A stretch of 38,549 bases of DNA from Chiloscyllium plagiosum (lineage: Eukaryota), in NCBI RefSeq assembly GCF_004010195.1, contig NC_057749.1, forward strand, positions 20,045,570 through 20,084,118, given 5' to 3'. The notes beneath the pieces were generated by a model. The model worked only from the letters and a program-made list of their open reading frames with translations. It was not told the DNA's origin and ran no database searches. Of this stretch, positions 20,531-34,181 are shown piece by piece. Both the position numbers and the translations under genes were made by a program. Each line of letters begins with the position of its first letter. Within the stretch, counting starts at the first letter, position 1.

Positions 20531-22087
20531 CGTATTTTGCATATTTCCATTTGAAGTATAAACAATGACAGAGGATAAAAAGCTAGATTCGAATCTCCTG
20601 GTGTGTGGTATGGGACTGATTGTGCTAAGCTAATCATGGAGAAAGTGAGGATTAGGACTAGCCTGGGTTCAAGTATTTATGTGCTGTGAAGGTCACAGTC
20701 AAAGAACTATCCTGAAGCCACATTTCTGTTGGAGGTTAAGGGTTTCCTTCATTCTGAGTGTTAGAAGTCAGTGAGCTAGCAAGCCAGGGAAAGGGAAACA
20801 GAACAACAAAAGACTCTCTCTCAATCTGAATGCTGGAATCAGGTCAAAAGGATTCAGAACAACAGAATCTCAACCAAACTGCAAAACTAAGGGTCGTGAA
20901 ACTGACTATTCAATCACCAATGTCAACACTACCAAAAATTTCCATTGCAATGGCAACAACATTCAACTATCTCCTTTTTGCAAACAATTCAATCTCTGAT
21001 TCCATTTTTTAATTTTTTGCCTTTTTGCACTGAAGCCTCTTATCTGTAGCTACATCTATCGCATTTCTAATTCTTCTCATATTGAGCAATTTCGCACAAA
21101 CATTCAGGCTCTATTAATAGATGAAAGCCCAGTTAAATTGGCTCCTTTAAAAACACAAGTCCCTTTGAGTCTGGAATAAAGGTATCCCCCAGTGGATCAG
21201 TTTTAAAATTAGCCTTGTTTCGACCAGGTTGGGGTGAATATAGAAGGGGAGCCAGTTCATTCCTCCTCATCTGGGAATCTAAAGATTTTAGGGCACCCCC
21301 ATCTGGAACTGTAACAAACTGGAGAACCCTGGCCACTTCCTGTGCATAACCCAGTGAATTTGGATATGGTACACTTCCCCTCTCCCGAGAGAACATAGTG
21401 ATGAGGTGGAGGTGCCAGGATTCAGTTGTTGCTGATAGAGCCTTGTCGACTTTCTGAAATGCATTCTATGGCAAGGATTTAATGGGAAATGGTAACCTTG
21501 CCACCAGCTGAAAGTCAGAATCTCACATCAGCCACTTCCCTGGGATTCTTGGCTCCATTCCACATGGCTCCAGCAATTAATTGCCCAAAGGCATGGCTTT
21601 TTGAGGTAGGATGACTTGCCTCCAGGGATTGTGGCCAATTAGAAATCCAACAGCTCTTCAATCACTCTAGTGTCACCAGGAGGATGGTCACTGCTGGAAC
21701 TGCATTCCTTTGGATCCAGGGATCTTGTCACCCTTTCATACTTGTACATTTTCACTTGTGATCCTGATTGTTTGTCACGTTCCTGCATCCCTTCTGCCCC
21801 TTAATTTTCTGGGATACTTAGTTTCATCTTAAATATGTTAGGTGACACTAAGGTCTTGGGTCGGTCTTTAGATGGCCAGATCACCAGGTCACATAGCCTA
21901 CTCCTGATAAAATACCACCAGAGACAGCTAGACTGCATTCCCTGCCATCCTACCCGATTTTATGGACCCCACTTGGGATGATTGAGATCAAACACCTTGG
22001 CCCTGAAGTGTCACCACTTTCTCATTTAATCTTTATCTTCTTTTTACTGCTTTGATGTTGTTCCTGAGCTGATATCTCTCCATGCAG

Positions 22088-22271
22088 TCTAAATGCGGAG
22101 AAGCATCAGAGGGAGCTGAAACAGATACAGCAGGAGAACCAAGCCATGCTACATCGCATCACACATTGCCAGTCGGAATATAGACGCAGCAGACTGGATG
22201 AGGAGTGGGAGAAAGTGCAGAGACTGCAGAATCACATTGCACGCTATCCACGTGGCCTAAAAACTGAGCAG
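22088..22271 (+). CDS. CFAP97D2: CFAP97D2-like coding exon 4 (SLNAEKHQRELKQIQQENQAMLHRITHCQSEYRRSRLDEEWEKVQRLQNHIARYPRGLKTEQ)
   Basis: Acceptor ctctccatgcag, donor CAG|gtgaga, 184 nt, phase 2-0 (AG+T = Ser). Contains the motif SLN.E....EL..I..EN.....RI and the C-terminal IARYPRG, which favours D2 over D1. Confidence 0.92.
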
Positions 22272-23348
22272 GTGAGACAGACATTAAGTGAGAATGTGGA
22301 AGTTTGCTCCCAAAAGGGTAAGGCTGAGACAACCCAACATTGAGGGAGGCTTAAAGTGTACATGAGGGATCTGCTGATGCGGGGACAGACGAAATAGGAG
22401 GATGCAGTTAGGCCTTTAGCCTGCAAATACTGTACAAATGGTGAGAGCTGAAGATTCTATAGCAGGTTGAGAGAGAGAAGAAAGTGAGATTCTGAATTCC
22501 AAGGTTGTATCATGAAATGGTTACATCACAGAAGGAGGCCATTGCATTTCTGCTGGTTCGCTGCAGGAGCAACTCCCCAAGTCCCACTCCGCTGCCCTTC
22601 CCCTGTCAACCCTGCAAATATTTTTTCTCCAGATAACTATCCAATTCTCTTTTGAAAGGTATTGCTGCTTGTGAGTTCCTGCAGTACAAGCAATGACTGC
22701 TGTGTTCTCTATATTACAACAGAGACCAAACTTAGTACTTCATTGGCTTTGAGACATCTGGTGGTTGTGAATATCAATCTTTTAAAAATATATTGTTTCA
22801 TGGGAAGTGGGTGTCCACTGGGTAGGCCAACATTTATGGGCACATTCCTAATTGCCCGCAAGAAGATAGTCTGGTTGTATAGCTCAAGTGGAAATCCTGC
22901 AACTTTAATAGCAGCTAGCAAAAGGTGTTAGTTAGATATAGTTCCATATTTATATTTTCATTGTTCAGGCCTTCCTTGACTAGGATAATTCCAGATACAT
23001 GTCTCTCACATCTAAACATGATGGTTGGAGTAGAAAGCATCAATGTATCTGAGGTCAGGTTTGTTAAGTGAAGGAGGTAACATTGTCAAGGGAAACAAGG
23101 CTAGAATGCAATGGGAAAGTTAGAGTGGGACAGATTCTTGTGGCTGGAGTCTGACTGTGGTTTCAACATTTGCTAACACTAGGGTCTAGTCCATTTCCAC
23201 TTGGTCAGCTTGCCCGACTGTTACTTATGGCCTTCCACCTCTGAGAGTTGCCAAAAATTTGGATGGCTGGCAGTACATAGGGCACAGCAGCGCCACTTGG
23301 TGCAGTAGCCATTGCAGGGATCACATTCAGTACCAAAGCAGGCATTCA

Positions 23349-23622
23349 GCAATACAGACAGAAAAAAACTGCAGATGCTGCAATCCAAAGTAGATAGGCA
23401 GGAGGCTGGAAGAACACAGCAAGCCAGGCACACATCCCGGTGTACTTAACATTGAGTTCTCCAATTTCAAATATCCTCCCACCTCATCCTCCGATTCCCT
23501 TCCCAGCCCCTCCCTGTCCCCCTCCTTTCCACTGCTTCCTGCCACCAACCGGATTCATTCCTCCCATTGACCAACCAGTTCATACCATCTACCGGTCTTC
23601 ACCTATCCCCAATTCACCACCA
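23349..23622. mobile_element. PLE terminal fragments in opposite orientations
   Basis: 23349-23435 resembles the reverse of a PLE 3' end (ctgcagatgctg..atccaaagtaga..ggcaggaggctggaagaacacagc). 23436-23622 resembles the GIY-YIG C-terminal/3' UTR region on the plus strand. Confidence 0.55.
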
Positions 23623-24334
23623 TAGGGAAGCGAGGTGAGCTCTGACGGCGCAGAGCAACTGTAAAGGAGACACCCCTCCCCCCACTTGACTGGCCACCAA
23701 CCCAACAGGACTGCACACTTGGTATGGGCCTATCCCAACCTAGCTAAAATCCCAGTGATGGTCAGAGGGGTGCTCAGTAAGGGCTTCAATTTGCCCACAG
23801 GTAGGTGGACTTCCCAAAGCCTCCCCTGCCATTGGTAACGTTGGTGTGGGGGCAGGCCTGGCAGGTGTCAGAAAACCCAATTTTCTGGAATGTTTCCCAT
23901 GGATTACAGTCAGTGGGCAGAATCCTGTGAAGTGAGCAAAGGTACTTAGGGAGCAAGAAGCAAAATATCAGCTTTTTGGCAGCAGTAAGGCTGCTAGTAT
24001 GAGGTTAATAGTTAACTGAAGCCTACTTGTGCTTCCCGATGGTTAGCAATGGGAACCTCTTTTTAACACATTAGCTTGTCATGCATACTCACCGAAATAT
24101 AACTTCACTCAATTAGAACTAGAATTAGCTTTATTGTCACATGTACTCAAATGAGAACAGTGAAAAGTTTACAAGTCACCACTTACAGTGCCATCTTAGT
24201 TACAAAGGTACCTAGTACAGAATCTTAAGTACAAATTCTTAAGGAAAAAAAATAGAAAAATAAAGAAATAAATTGTTCCTTTATGTAGCAAGGAAAAACA
24301 TGTTACCAGGTTGTTTCCTGGGCTGGAGAGTTTT

Positions 24335-25482
24335 AGTCATAGAGTCATAGAGATGTACAGCACGGAAACAGACCCTTCGGTCCAACTTGTCCGTGCCGAC
24401 CAGATATCCCAACCCAATCTAGTCCCACCTACCAGCACCTGGCCCATGCTCCTCCAAACCCTTCCTATTCATATGCCCATCCAGATGCCTTTTAAATGTT
24501 GCAATTGTACTAGCCTCCACCATTTCCTCTGGCAGCTCATTCCATACACGTACCACCCTCTGAGTGAAAAGGTTGCTTCTTGGGTCTCTTTTATATCTTC
24601 CCCTCTCACCCTAAACTATGCCCTCTAGTTCTGGACTCTCCCACCCCAGAGAAAAGACTTTGCCTATTTACCCTATCCATGCCCCTCATGATTTTATAAA
24701 TCTCTATAAAGTTACCTCGCAGCCTCCTTGTAAATCTTTTCTAAACCCTTTCAAGTTTCACAAAGTCTTTCCGATAGGAAGGAGACCAGAATTGCACGCA
24801 ATATTGCAACAGTGGCCTAACCAATGTCCTGTACAGCCGCAACATGACCTCCAAACTCCTCTACTCATTACTCTGACCAATAAGGGAAACCATACCCATC
24901 GCCTTCTTCACTATCCTATCTACCTGCGACTCCACTTTCAAGGAGCTATGAACCTGCACTCTAAGGTCTCTTTGTTCAGCAACACTCCCTAGGACCTGAC
25001 CACTAAGTGTATAAGTCCTGCTAAGATTTGCTTTCCCAAAATGCAGCACCTCACATTTATCTAAATTAAGCTCCATCTGCCACTTCTCAGCCCATTGGCC
25101 CATCTGATCAAGATCCTGTTGTAGTCTGAGGTAACCTTCTTCGCTGTCCACTACATCTCCAATTTTGGTGTCATCAGCAAACTTACTAACTGTACCTCTT
25201 ATTTTCCCATCCAAATCATTTATGTAAATAATGAAAAGTAGTGGACCCAGCACTGATCCTTGTGGCACTGCGCTGGTCACAGGCCTCCAGTCTGAAAAAA
25301 CAACCCTCCACCACCACCCTCTGTCTTCTACCTTTGAGCCAGTTCTAGCCAAATGGCTAGTTCTCCTTGTATTCCATGAGATCTAACCTTGCTCACCAGT
25401 CTCCCATGGGGAACCTTGTCAAATACCTTACTGAAGTCCATACAGATCATATCTACTGCTCTGCCCTCATCAATCCTCTTTG
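24335..25482 (-). mobile_element. CR1-type LINE RT and 3' end, inserted into an older plus-strand CR1 (24295-24335 and 25483-25905)
   Basis: AVPQGSVLGPLLF, SKFADDTKIG and WQMELNLDKCEVLHFG. The flanks join into continuous CR1 text (ctggagagttttagt...gaagagagattg). Confidence 0.9.
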
Positions 25483-27702
25483 TTCATGAAGAGAGATTGA
25501 ACAGATTGAGGTTGTTTTCCTTGGAGTAGATGAGACTGAAGGGGAACATGATGGAGATTAATAAAACTTTGAGGGGCAAATACAGGTTGGACAGGAAGGA
25601 ACTCATTCCCTTTGCTGGAGGAATAAATGACCAGGAGCATAGATTTAAGGTAAAGGACAGCAGGCTTACAGGGGATGTGAGGAAAAGATTTTTCACTGAG
25701 AGAGAGGGTGATGGGAATCTGCAACTCACTGTAAAGATGGTAAAGGCAGAAACCCTCATGACATTTAAGAAATATTCAATTGCGCACCTATGATGCCAAG
25801 ATAGACAAGGCTATAAGCCAAATGCTGGAAAATGAAATGAGAACAGTGAAGTGCTTGAGTTTGACTGATGTAGAACGCAATGGGCTATTGACTCTGTGAC
25901 TCTACCTGCACTCAGATTCACACCTGGTAAAGATGTCATGTAAAGGATGACTTACTCTTTGTGGATGCATTTGGATTGAATAGGAGTATTGTTTTTGTTG
26001 AGGGAGCTTTGTTCGACTAGCAGAGAGGAAGCATTAGTCACATAAGAAGGAGGAACAGACCATGCCTGATTGAATGTGGGAGGGGTTTGGTGGCCTTACA
26101 AAAACCCATGCGGAACAGACTGAAATCCCTTGGGGAGGTCAATGTCAGTGGATGGATAGGTCAATCATGAGTTTGGGGAGAACAAAGGCCATGCAGGAAA
26201 GGTCAAAAATGAAGGCCTGAGTGTTGAGAGTCACAGAGGAAGGTTGAAGATGATAGAGGGAAGGTGGATGATGATGATTGGCAGGTTAAGGATAAGGGTA
26301 CTGCTGGGCCATATCTGTTAGGCTGCGGGGAGATCAACCAATGGTGACAGGGCAGAGACCCATGGTAAGTCATAGTTAGTGTGTGGGTTAAGGATCGTTG
26401 AAGGCAGAACAGGGGAAATGGAGAGACACATCTGATTGTCTCCATATTCTTGCCAGAATGAGGCCCTGCCCCCGCAAGATCTCTTCATCTTTCTCTGGAA
26501 ACAGTGCTGAGTAACTGCCAACAGAAACTCCTCCCAAAAAGGGAACTCAGTGTCCCAATCTTTCAAGGTAGAGGTGGGGCCTTTTCCTGGCAAATGAGTG
26601 GATGGGGCCCATGGCTTATCATATCTAATTGGCTGGCCACTGCAGGTATGGGCATGGCTGGGGGCTGTGCCTCAGAGTGCCACACATTTCTGTTTCCACC
26701 TTTGGATGTGTCAACAGGAGACAAAGATTCCACCCAATGAACGTTTGACAAAACAACCCTAAGGCATAACAACTGTCCAAAAACAAGGCACTCAAACAGT
26801 AAAAAAAATGATTTTTAATATATTCATGGGAAATGGGCATCACTGACAAGACCAGCTTTTATTGCCCATCTCTAATTGCCCTTTAACTGAGCGCTAGGGT
26901 TATTAAGAGTCAACCACTTTGCTGAAGGCTGGAATCACATGTAGGTTAGATTTCCTCCCACTCAAGGACATTCGTGAACCAGATAGGTTCATACAACTGG
27001 CAATGGTCACAAGGTCACACTTTGCCACCAGCTGTGGTGGGATTCAATCTCATTACCCCAGAGTTTTATCCTGAATCTCTGCTGCATTCTAGAGTTTTCA
27101 AGGTGATTAGAATGTGAAATGCACTGCCTGGGTGTATGATGGAGGTAGATTCAACATTGGTTTCAGAAACCAATTGAATTATTATATGAAGAGAAAACAT
27201 TTGCAGAGTTATGATGAGAAATGGAATTGGCTAAGCTCCCCTCACAAACTGCCAGTCCAAATAGAGGGCAAAATAGTCTCCTCCTGCAATATTGTTGTAA
27301 GTGCTCAACTGGACTTGAGCCCATGACCCTTGCAGCAGAAATAAGAATCCTATGAATAGAGCTATAACTGCACCCTTCTGTAGAAAGCTTTTGAAATTAT
27401 TACCGGTTGAAACACAATCTTACTTTTAAAATCATACTTGACAATCTAAGCAGTGATTTGTGGGGCTATGAGGCTTGAGCAGAGTCACTGAGATTAATTG
27501 GAAAGCTCTTCCAAAGAAACACAATGGGCCAAATGGCATCATTCAGTGCATTGTCATTCTCTGATTCCATCTTACAATTGTACATAATGGAATGATGCAA
27601 TTACTCCAACAACAAATCTTATGGCTATTTGGCATATAAAGTATACAAACGTATTTGGGATGAATCTGTATTGTGAAGAAAAATCTCTGTCTTTCCCCAC
27701 AG

Positions 27703-27828
27703 AAGTATCAAAAGAAGATTCATGATGGAGGATTTGGAGGCTCAATGAGCAACAATTTTATGATGAAGTCCACTGAGGAGGAATACCAGCAAAACAGCGA
27801 CCCTTTGGAGAAACACCTTGGACACTGA
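27703..27828 (+). CDS. CFAP97D2: CFAP97D2-like probable terminal coding exon (KYQKKIHDGGFGGSMSNNFMMKSTEEEYQQNSDPLEKHLGH*)
   Basis: Strong acceptor ctctgtctttccccacag, phase 0, 41 codons to TGA in non-repeat sequence. No homology is recognised, so support is splice signal and frame only. Confidence 0.65.
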   Translation, partial: KYQKKIHDGGFGGSMSNNFMMKSTEEEYQQNSDPLEKHLGH

Positions 27829-28584
27829 AATATCTCATACCCCCATTTCACCATCTTTCACCAAATCATCGAATCATATCACTCAGAAAGATTTCTCCTC
27901 AAATCCCCTCACATCTTAACCTACATATAAGCCGTCGAAGCAGATGTAGGCCACTCAACCCATTGAGTCTGCTCTCTTAATTCTAACTGATCTGTGAACA
28001 CTCAACTCCACTTTCCTGCCTTTCCCCCCATGATTCTTGATTCCCTTTCTGATTAAAAATCTGACTATCTCGGCCTTGAATGTACTTAATGACCCAACCT
28101 CTATAGCCCTCTGCAGTAACAAACTTGAAGATACACTCCACTCTGTGAAAAAAATCTCATCTCTTAAATTGTGACACCTTACTCTGAGATTATGCTGTCT
28201 GGTCCTAATCTTTCCCACAGGGAAAACAACCCTATCAGGACCCCTCAGACTCTTGCATATATCAATAAGATTATCACTAATTCTTCTAAATTCCAATAAA
28301 TGTGATTTCAACCCACTCAACCTTTCCTCAAAAGAAAATTCTCCACACTTGGGATCAACTTCATGAACCTTTTCTAGACCACCTCCAATATAGTATATTT
28401 TTCGTAAGATATAGAAACTAAAACTGTTACAGTATTCCAAGTGTGGTCTGACTAAAGCTCTGTATAGTTTTAGAAAAATCTCCCTATTTTTATACTCCAC
28501 TCCCTTTGAAATAAAAAGCCAACAGACTATTTGCCTTCCCTATTCCCTGCTGAACTTGGATGCTTTCTTTTTGTGATTTCAATT

Positions 28585-28875
28585 AATCTATACGGTGTAG
28601 ATGCAGGCCATTTGATCCATCAACTCCCTCTGATCAGCATGCCAACCAGACTCACCCCATTACTCTATCTCTGTAACCCTGCATTTCCCATGGCCAATCC
28701 ACCTAGCCTGTACATCTTTGGATTGTGGGAGGAAACTGGAGAACCTAGCGGAAAGCCACGCAGACATGGGGTGAATGTGCAAACTCCACACAGACGATTA
28801 CCCAAGGCTGGAATCAAACCTGGTTCCGTGTCACTGTGACGCAGCAGTGCTAACCACTGACTCACCATGCTGGCC
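28585..28875 (-). mobile_element. HE1-type SINE
   Basis: Reverse complement similar to 1054-1290, including the A/B-box head and V-domain. Confidence 0.85.
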
Positions 28876-29228
28876 AAATTCACAAGGACTCTCTAACCCC
28901 TCTGCGCTGCAGATTTCTGCAGTATTCCCCATGCTAAATAACATTCAACTTCTTTATTCTTTTACCCAAGTGCATAAACCTCACAATTCCCCACATTGAT
29001 ATTCCAGCTGCCAAGTTTGGTCTGTATCTCTGTGTGGATTCTTTGTATCATCCTCACTACTTGCCTTAACCAATTTTTGTATCATCTGCAAACTTCCTTC
29101 ATCTAAATCATTAATATATATGATAAATAATTGTGGCTAGAGCTGGAATTCCTATTCCATTGGTTACAGGTTTCCATCCTGTAATTCTCAATCTTCTATG
29201 AAGTTAGCTAATCCCTTACTGATACTAA

Positions 29229-29523
29229 TAGATTAGATTCCATACAGCGTAGAAACAGGCCCTTCGGCCCAACAAGTCCACACCGACCCTCTGAAGAGTA
29301 ACCCACCCAGACCCATTTCCCTCTGACTAATGCACCTAACACTATGGGCAATTTAGCATGGCCAATTCACCTGCCCTGCACATCTTTGGATTGTGGGAGG
29401 AAACCAAAGCACCTGGAGAAAACCCACACAGATACAGGGAGAACATTGCCTGAGGCTGGAATCAAACCTGGGACCCTGGTGCTGTAAGGTAGCAGTACTA
29501 ACCACTGAGCCACCATGTTGCCC
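29229..29523 (-). mobile_element. HE1-type SINE
   Basis: Has the tRNA-like head, body and (aatct)n tail seen at 1054-1290. Confidence 0.88.
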
Positions 29524-29984
29524 ACCATTTGTTCTTATCTTACTAAGGAACCTCATATGTAGTAGCTTGTTGATTACCTTTTGGAAATCCAAATATATTA
29601 TATTTATTGATTACCCTTTGTCTATCCTGCTTGTTACCTCTTCAATGAACTATAATAAATTTTTTAGGCATGATTTTCCCTTCATGAAGCCATGTTGACT
29701 CTTCCTTGGTTATGTAAACCTTCACATGAGGGGAATAGAGAGCCTTCTTCTTCACTAGCAAACCCTTCTTAATTTTTTAGTTACCTTTCTCCTTGGCCTT
29801 GTATGTTTTAAAGAAAACAACCACAGCCTATACAATCAAAACTCTCCACCCTTAGAGATAGTACCCTCTCTAGCTCAATCACAGGTGGAATTTAATACCC
29901 ACACCCGGTTGGATGTCTGGTGGCAGGGGTACTTAATCCCTAGTTGGGAGGGTGTCAGGAGGCAACCTCCCCCCCTGCCCAATT

Positions 29985-30700
29985 ATAGAGTAATAGAGTT
30001 GTACAGCACGGAAACACACCTTTCTGTCAAACCTGTCCATGCCAACCGGATATCTGAAATTAATTTAGTTCTATTTGCCAGCATTTGGCTCATATCCCTC
30101 TAAACTCTTCCTTTTCATGTACCCATCCAAATGCCTTTTAAATGTTCTGATTGTACCAGCCTCCATCACTCCCTCTGGCAGTTTGTTCCATGCACGCATC
30201 ACCATCTGTGTGAAAACGTTGCCCCTTAGGTCCCTTTTATATTTTTCCCTTCTCACCTTAAACCTATGCCATCTAATTTTGGACTTCCCCACCCCTGGGA
30301 AAAAGTCCTTGGCTATTCACCCTATCCATGCCCCTCATGATTTTATAAACTTCTATAAGGTCACCCCTCAGCCTCTGATAACTCTCAGAAAAATAGCCCC
30401 AGCCTATTCAGCCTCTCCAGCTTCTCCCTCTATCTCAAACCCTCCAATCCCGGCAACATCCTTGTAAATCCTTTCTGCACACTTTCAACTTTCACGACAT
30501 CTTTCCGATGGCAGGGAGACCAGAATTGAATGTGGTATTCCAAATAGTGGCCTAACCACTATTCTGTACAGCTGCAACATGACATCCTATCTCCTAAACT
30601 CAACGCACTGATTAAAAAAAGGCAAGTCTACCATACACCTTCATCACTACCCTGTCTACCTGCAACTCCACTTTCAAGAAACTATGAAACTGTAACCCAA
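29985..30700 (-). mobile_element. CR1-type LINE 3' fragment
   Basis: KRDLRGNVFTQMVMRAWNKLPEGVMEAGTIRTFKRHLDGYM, plus the 3' UTR. Confidence 0.9.
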
Positions 30701-32231
30701 TGTCACTCTCGCATGGCCCTCCCATATCACTGTCAATTGAGGTCTTTGAATGAAAAAAATTGATGCCTGCTAAGGGTCCCCTCCCACCACAGTGGTGGGC
30801 GGGGGTTTTGCAATGCAAGAAGTTCAAAAGCAAATCCTATCAGTGTTGCTTGCGAACTTCCAGTGAAGCGGGTGTGAGGGCCCCTGTTCAAAGGTACTCA
30901 GTGCCTGATTGAGTGACCTGGCATCAGGAAGCATGAGAGGCTGGGAATCCCACAACCCCTATTATGCCAACATTCACTGTGATCTTGATCCTGGATCTTT
31001 GGTGGATATAGTACTGGCAGCAGCCACTATCTCCCCAATAGTGCTGCTGAGCAAGCCCCAGCTTTCCAGCTTCTGATTGTCCAGCTGCTCTTGGGCTTGG
31101 TGGGGGGTGCGGGGGAGGGATTTCAAGAGCATCGATTCTGGGAAAAGCCTAGGCCTTTTTTAAAGGAGATGACATGGGGTTCTCAGCAGCTCTGTGTCTG
31201 ACAAGTGAGATCTGTGTAACCACCATTAAACACAGCCCCACACAATTCACATGTTTCTTATAGTTAGTGAATTGAAAGCTGTACTATGGCTGTAACCCAG
31301 TGCTTTCTACAATTTTAGCATCACCCTATGCCTTACACCCTATGCCTTGGTTAATGCCTTCTTAATCACCTTGTCTTCCTGGCCAGAGTTGATTCCAACA
31401 TGCTTGTTCCTCTCCACCTCTCACTATCCCCACTGTTTATTGTATAATTCTGTGCCCAATTGCCTTTTCTAAATGCATGATCTCACACTACTCTAGACTT
31501 AACTTGAAACTGTTCTGCCCAACTTTGCAAGATTTTAGGGTGCACATTATTTTTAATTGTAAATCACTTTAGATTATATACTTTGCTGGAGAGAGCCAAT
31601 CTAATGTTTAGTCATGGTTAGTTCATAAAACCGTTTCATACAAAAATGCTCTCACAGGTTTCACTGAATTAGGTTTATCATAAAAAATACAAAGGAAATA
31701 ATGTTTGATAGAAACAGCAGTTTTCAGCCTATCCATATTGCAATGCCAGTTTTGTAACACTAATTGGCTAGGTAAAAGTCTCTTGTTTTGTCCTGTTGAC
31801 TTATGTTCTTCTGTCTTTGATTTTTCTTCAAAAACTCAGGCTTTACTAAATACCTTTTTTTTTGGTTCCATAAGCAATCTGTTTAGCAGGCAGAACTTGA
31901 ACCTGAGCCTTTAAGCTTACAAATCAGGAGCACTATCACAGTGCCACGCAACCCCTTCTTATGAGCTGCTAGTCCCAGAACATAATCAAAAGCATCCTGA
32001 ACTCAAATTGGCTTCTTAATGCACGAACAGAGCTTGGTCAATTTTGATTGGTAAAACAATATTTGCCTGATTCCTAGTTGGTTTATTTAAAAGTATGGTC
32101 ATGTAATGATATGACTTCCTACCATCTCCTGACTGATTCTTTCACATTAATTATATTGCCTGACAAGATTCTTTCAAATGGAGTATCTCTTAGGTGCAAG
32201 CTGCCTCCCCATGGATAAAGACTTTAAAATT

Positions 32232-33315
32232 AATCTTGATCAATTGGGTCAATGGGCTGAGGAGTGGCAGGTGGAGTTTAATTTGGATAAATACAAGGAA
32301 TTGTATTTTGGTAAAACAAGGACATAGTTACTGGTAGGGCCCTAAGTAGTGTTGGACAACACAGAGACCTAGGGGCTCAGGTACAAAATTCTTTGACATT
32401 TGTGTCACAGGTAGGCAGAGTGATTAAGAAGGCATTTAGCATGCTTGCCTTCGCTGGTCAGACCTTTGAGTATACGAGTTGAATGTTATACTGAAGTTGT
32501 ACCGACCTTTTCTGGAGTACTGTGTCCAGTTCTCACATTCTGCTAGAGGAAGGATATTATTACATTGGAGAGGGTTCAGAAGAGATTTACCAGGATGTTG
32601 CCGGGATTGGAGGTGTGAGTTATAAAAATAGGCTGGTTAGGCTGGGACTTTTTAACTGGATTGTCGGAGGTTGAAGGGTGACCTTACAGAGAATTATGAA
32701 ATCCTGAGGGGCATCGATAAGGATCTTTTCCCTAAGGTGGGGGAGTTCAAAACCAGGGGGCATATTTTTTAGGTGGGGGGAGAAGGTTTTGAAAAGGACA
32801 TGAGGGGAAACCTTTTTACAGAGAGAGTGGTTCATTCATGGAATGAAATGCTAGAGGAAGCAGTGGATGCAGATACAGTTACAATGTTTTTTTAATAGAT
32901 GTAGAATCTCTACAGTGTGTAAACAGGCCCCTTAGCCCAACAAGTCCACACCAACCCTCCAAAGAGCAACCCACCCAGAGTAATACACCTAACCTACACA
33001 TCCCTGAATACTATGGGCAATCTAGCATGGCCAACTCACCTAAGCCTGCATATCCCTGGAATGTGGGAGGAAACCCACGCAGACACAGAGAGAATGTGCA
33101 AACTCTACACAGATAATTGCCCAAGGCAGGAATTGAACCCAACCACTGAGCCATCATAATTTGAAATGCTTTTAGATAATTATGTATATAGGAAAAGTTG
33201 GGAGGGATAAGGACCAAGTGCAAGCGGGTCAGGCTAGTATAGTTTGTGAACATAGTCAGCATGGACTAGTTGGACCGACAGGACTGTTTCCATGCTGTAT
33301 GTCTCTATGACTCTA
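32232..33315 (+). mobile_element. CR1-type LINE 3' part containing a minus-strand HE1-type SINE at about 32897-33155
   Basis: CR1 text resumes after the SINE. The SINE body matches 29229-29523. Confidence 0.85.
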
Positions 33316-34181
33316 TTTTACAACCTTATGCTTTTTATGTCTGCTCGTCCCTGTCAGCTTACCAATTCTGTAGATCTTTACTGAGAGAAGATGGCACCAA
33401 TCAACAATGTCTGCTTAGAGTATCACGTATTGGCATCACTTCCTAGAGATTAACAAAAAAATGTGGGTGTCACTGGCTATGCCATCATTTATTGCCCATC
33501 CCTTAATTGCCCAGAAGGCAGTAAAGAGTCAATAATATTGCTGTTGGTCTGGAACCACATGCTGGCAGGTCCTGGTCAGGACAGCAGCTTCCTTCCCTAA
33601 AGGACATTAGTGATCCAAAATGATATCTATGAATGTTCAACGAAACCTATCAACATTCTTTAACTACAAGGGCAATGTTTGACAGTATTTTGACCAAACA
33701 TTGATGCCTGAAACAAATTAAGGTTCAACATAGCTGTACAAATTAATACTAGCAGGTCTGTTACATATTTAAAGTTCCCATTTGAAATCCAGCTACGCCT
33801 TTGAGTTTACCTCAAGAATTTTACTTCAAAGCATTCTCATTGTATTAGTGTAAGTTCCATTAGCCTAATCATAAAACAGTAATAACACAATACACCTTAC
33901 TTTTGACATGGTTCATATGGTTTCTTTTCTCCAGAACCTGTTTACTAACAATAATTAAATAGAATATAATTAATTCTTCACTTGCTTAAACAAGTTAAAT
34001 TGTTGAACAATAACTCAATCCTACACATTGGTGTCTACAGCTTTCTTGGTACTGTAGCTTCCTCTCTGGCTAACACCACATTGATAATATGTAGTAAATT
34101 TTTTACTAGAGTCTTTCAAACTTTCTCCTTACCTTTTCTGCTCAGCCTACATTAGGTCTGTGTTGTCCCACTATTCCTGTA

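Larger units (their letters stand above)
27935..29705 (-). mobile_element. old CR1-type LINE interrupted by two HE1-type SINEs
   Basis: LKLYRALVRPHLEYC (27955-28500) and MDFQKVINKLLH (about 29590). Confidence 0.85.
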
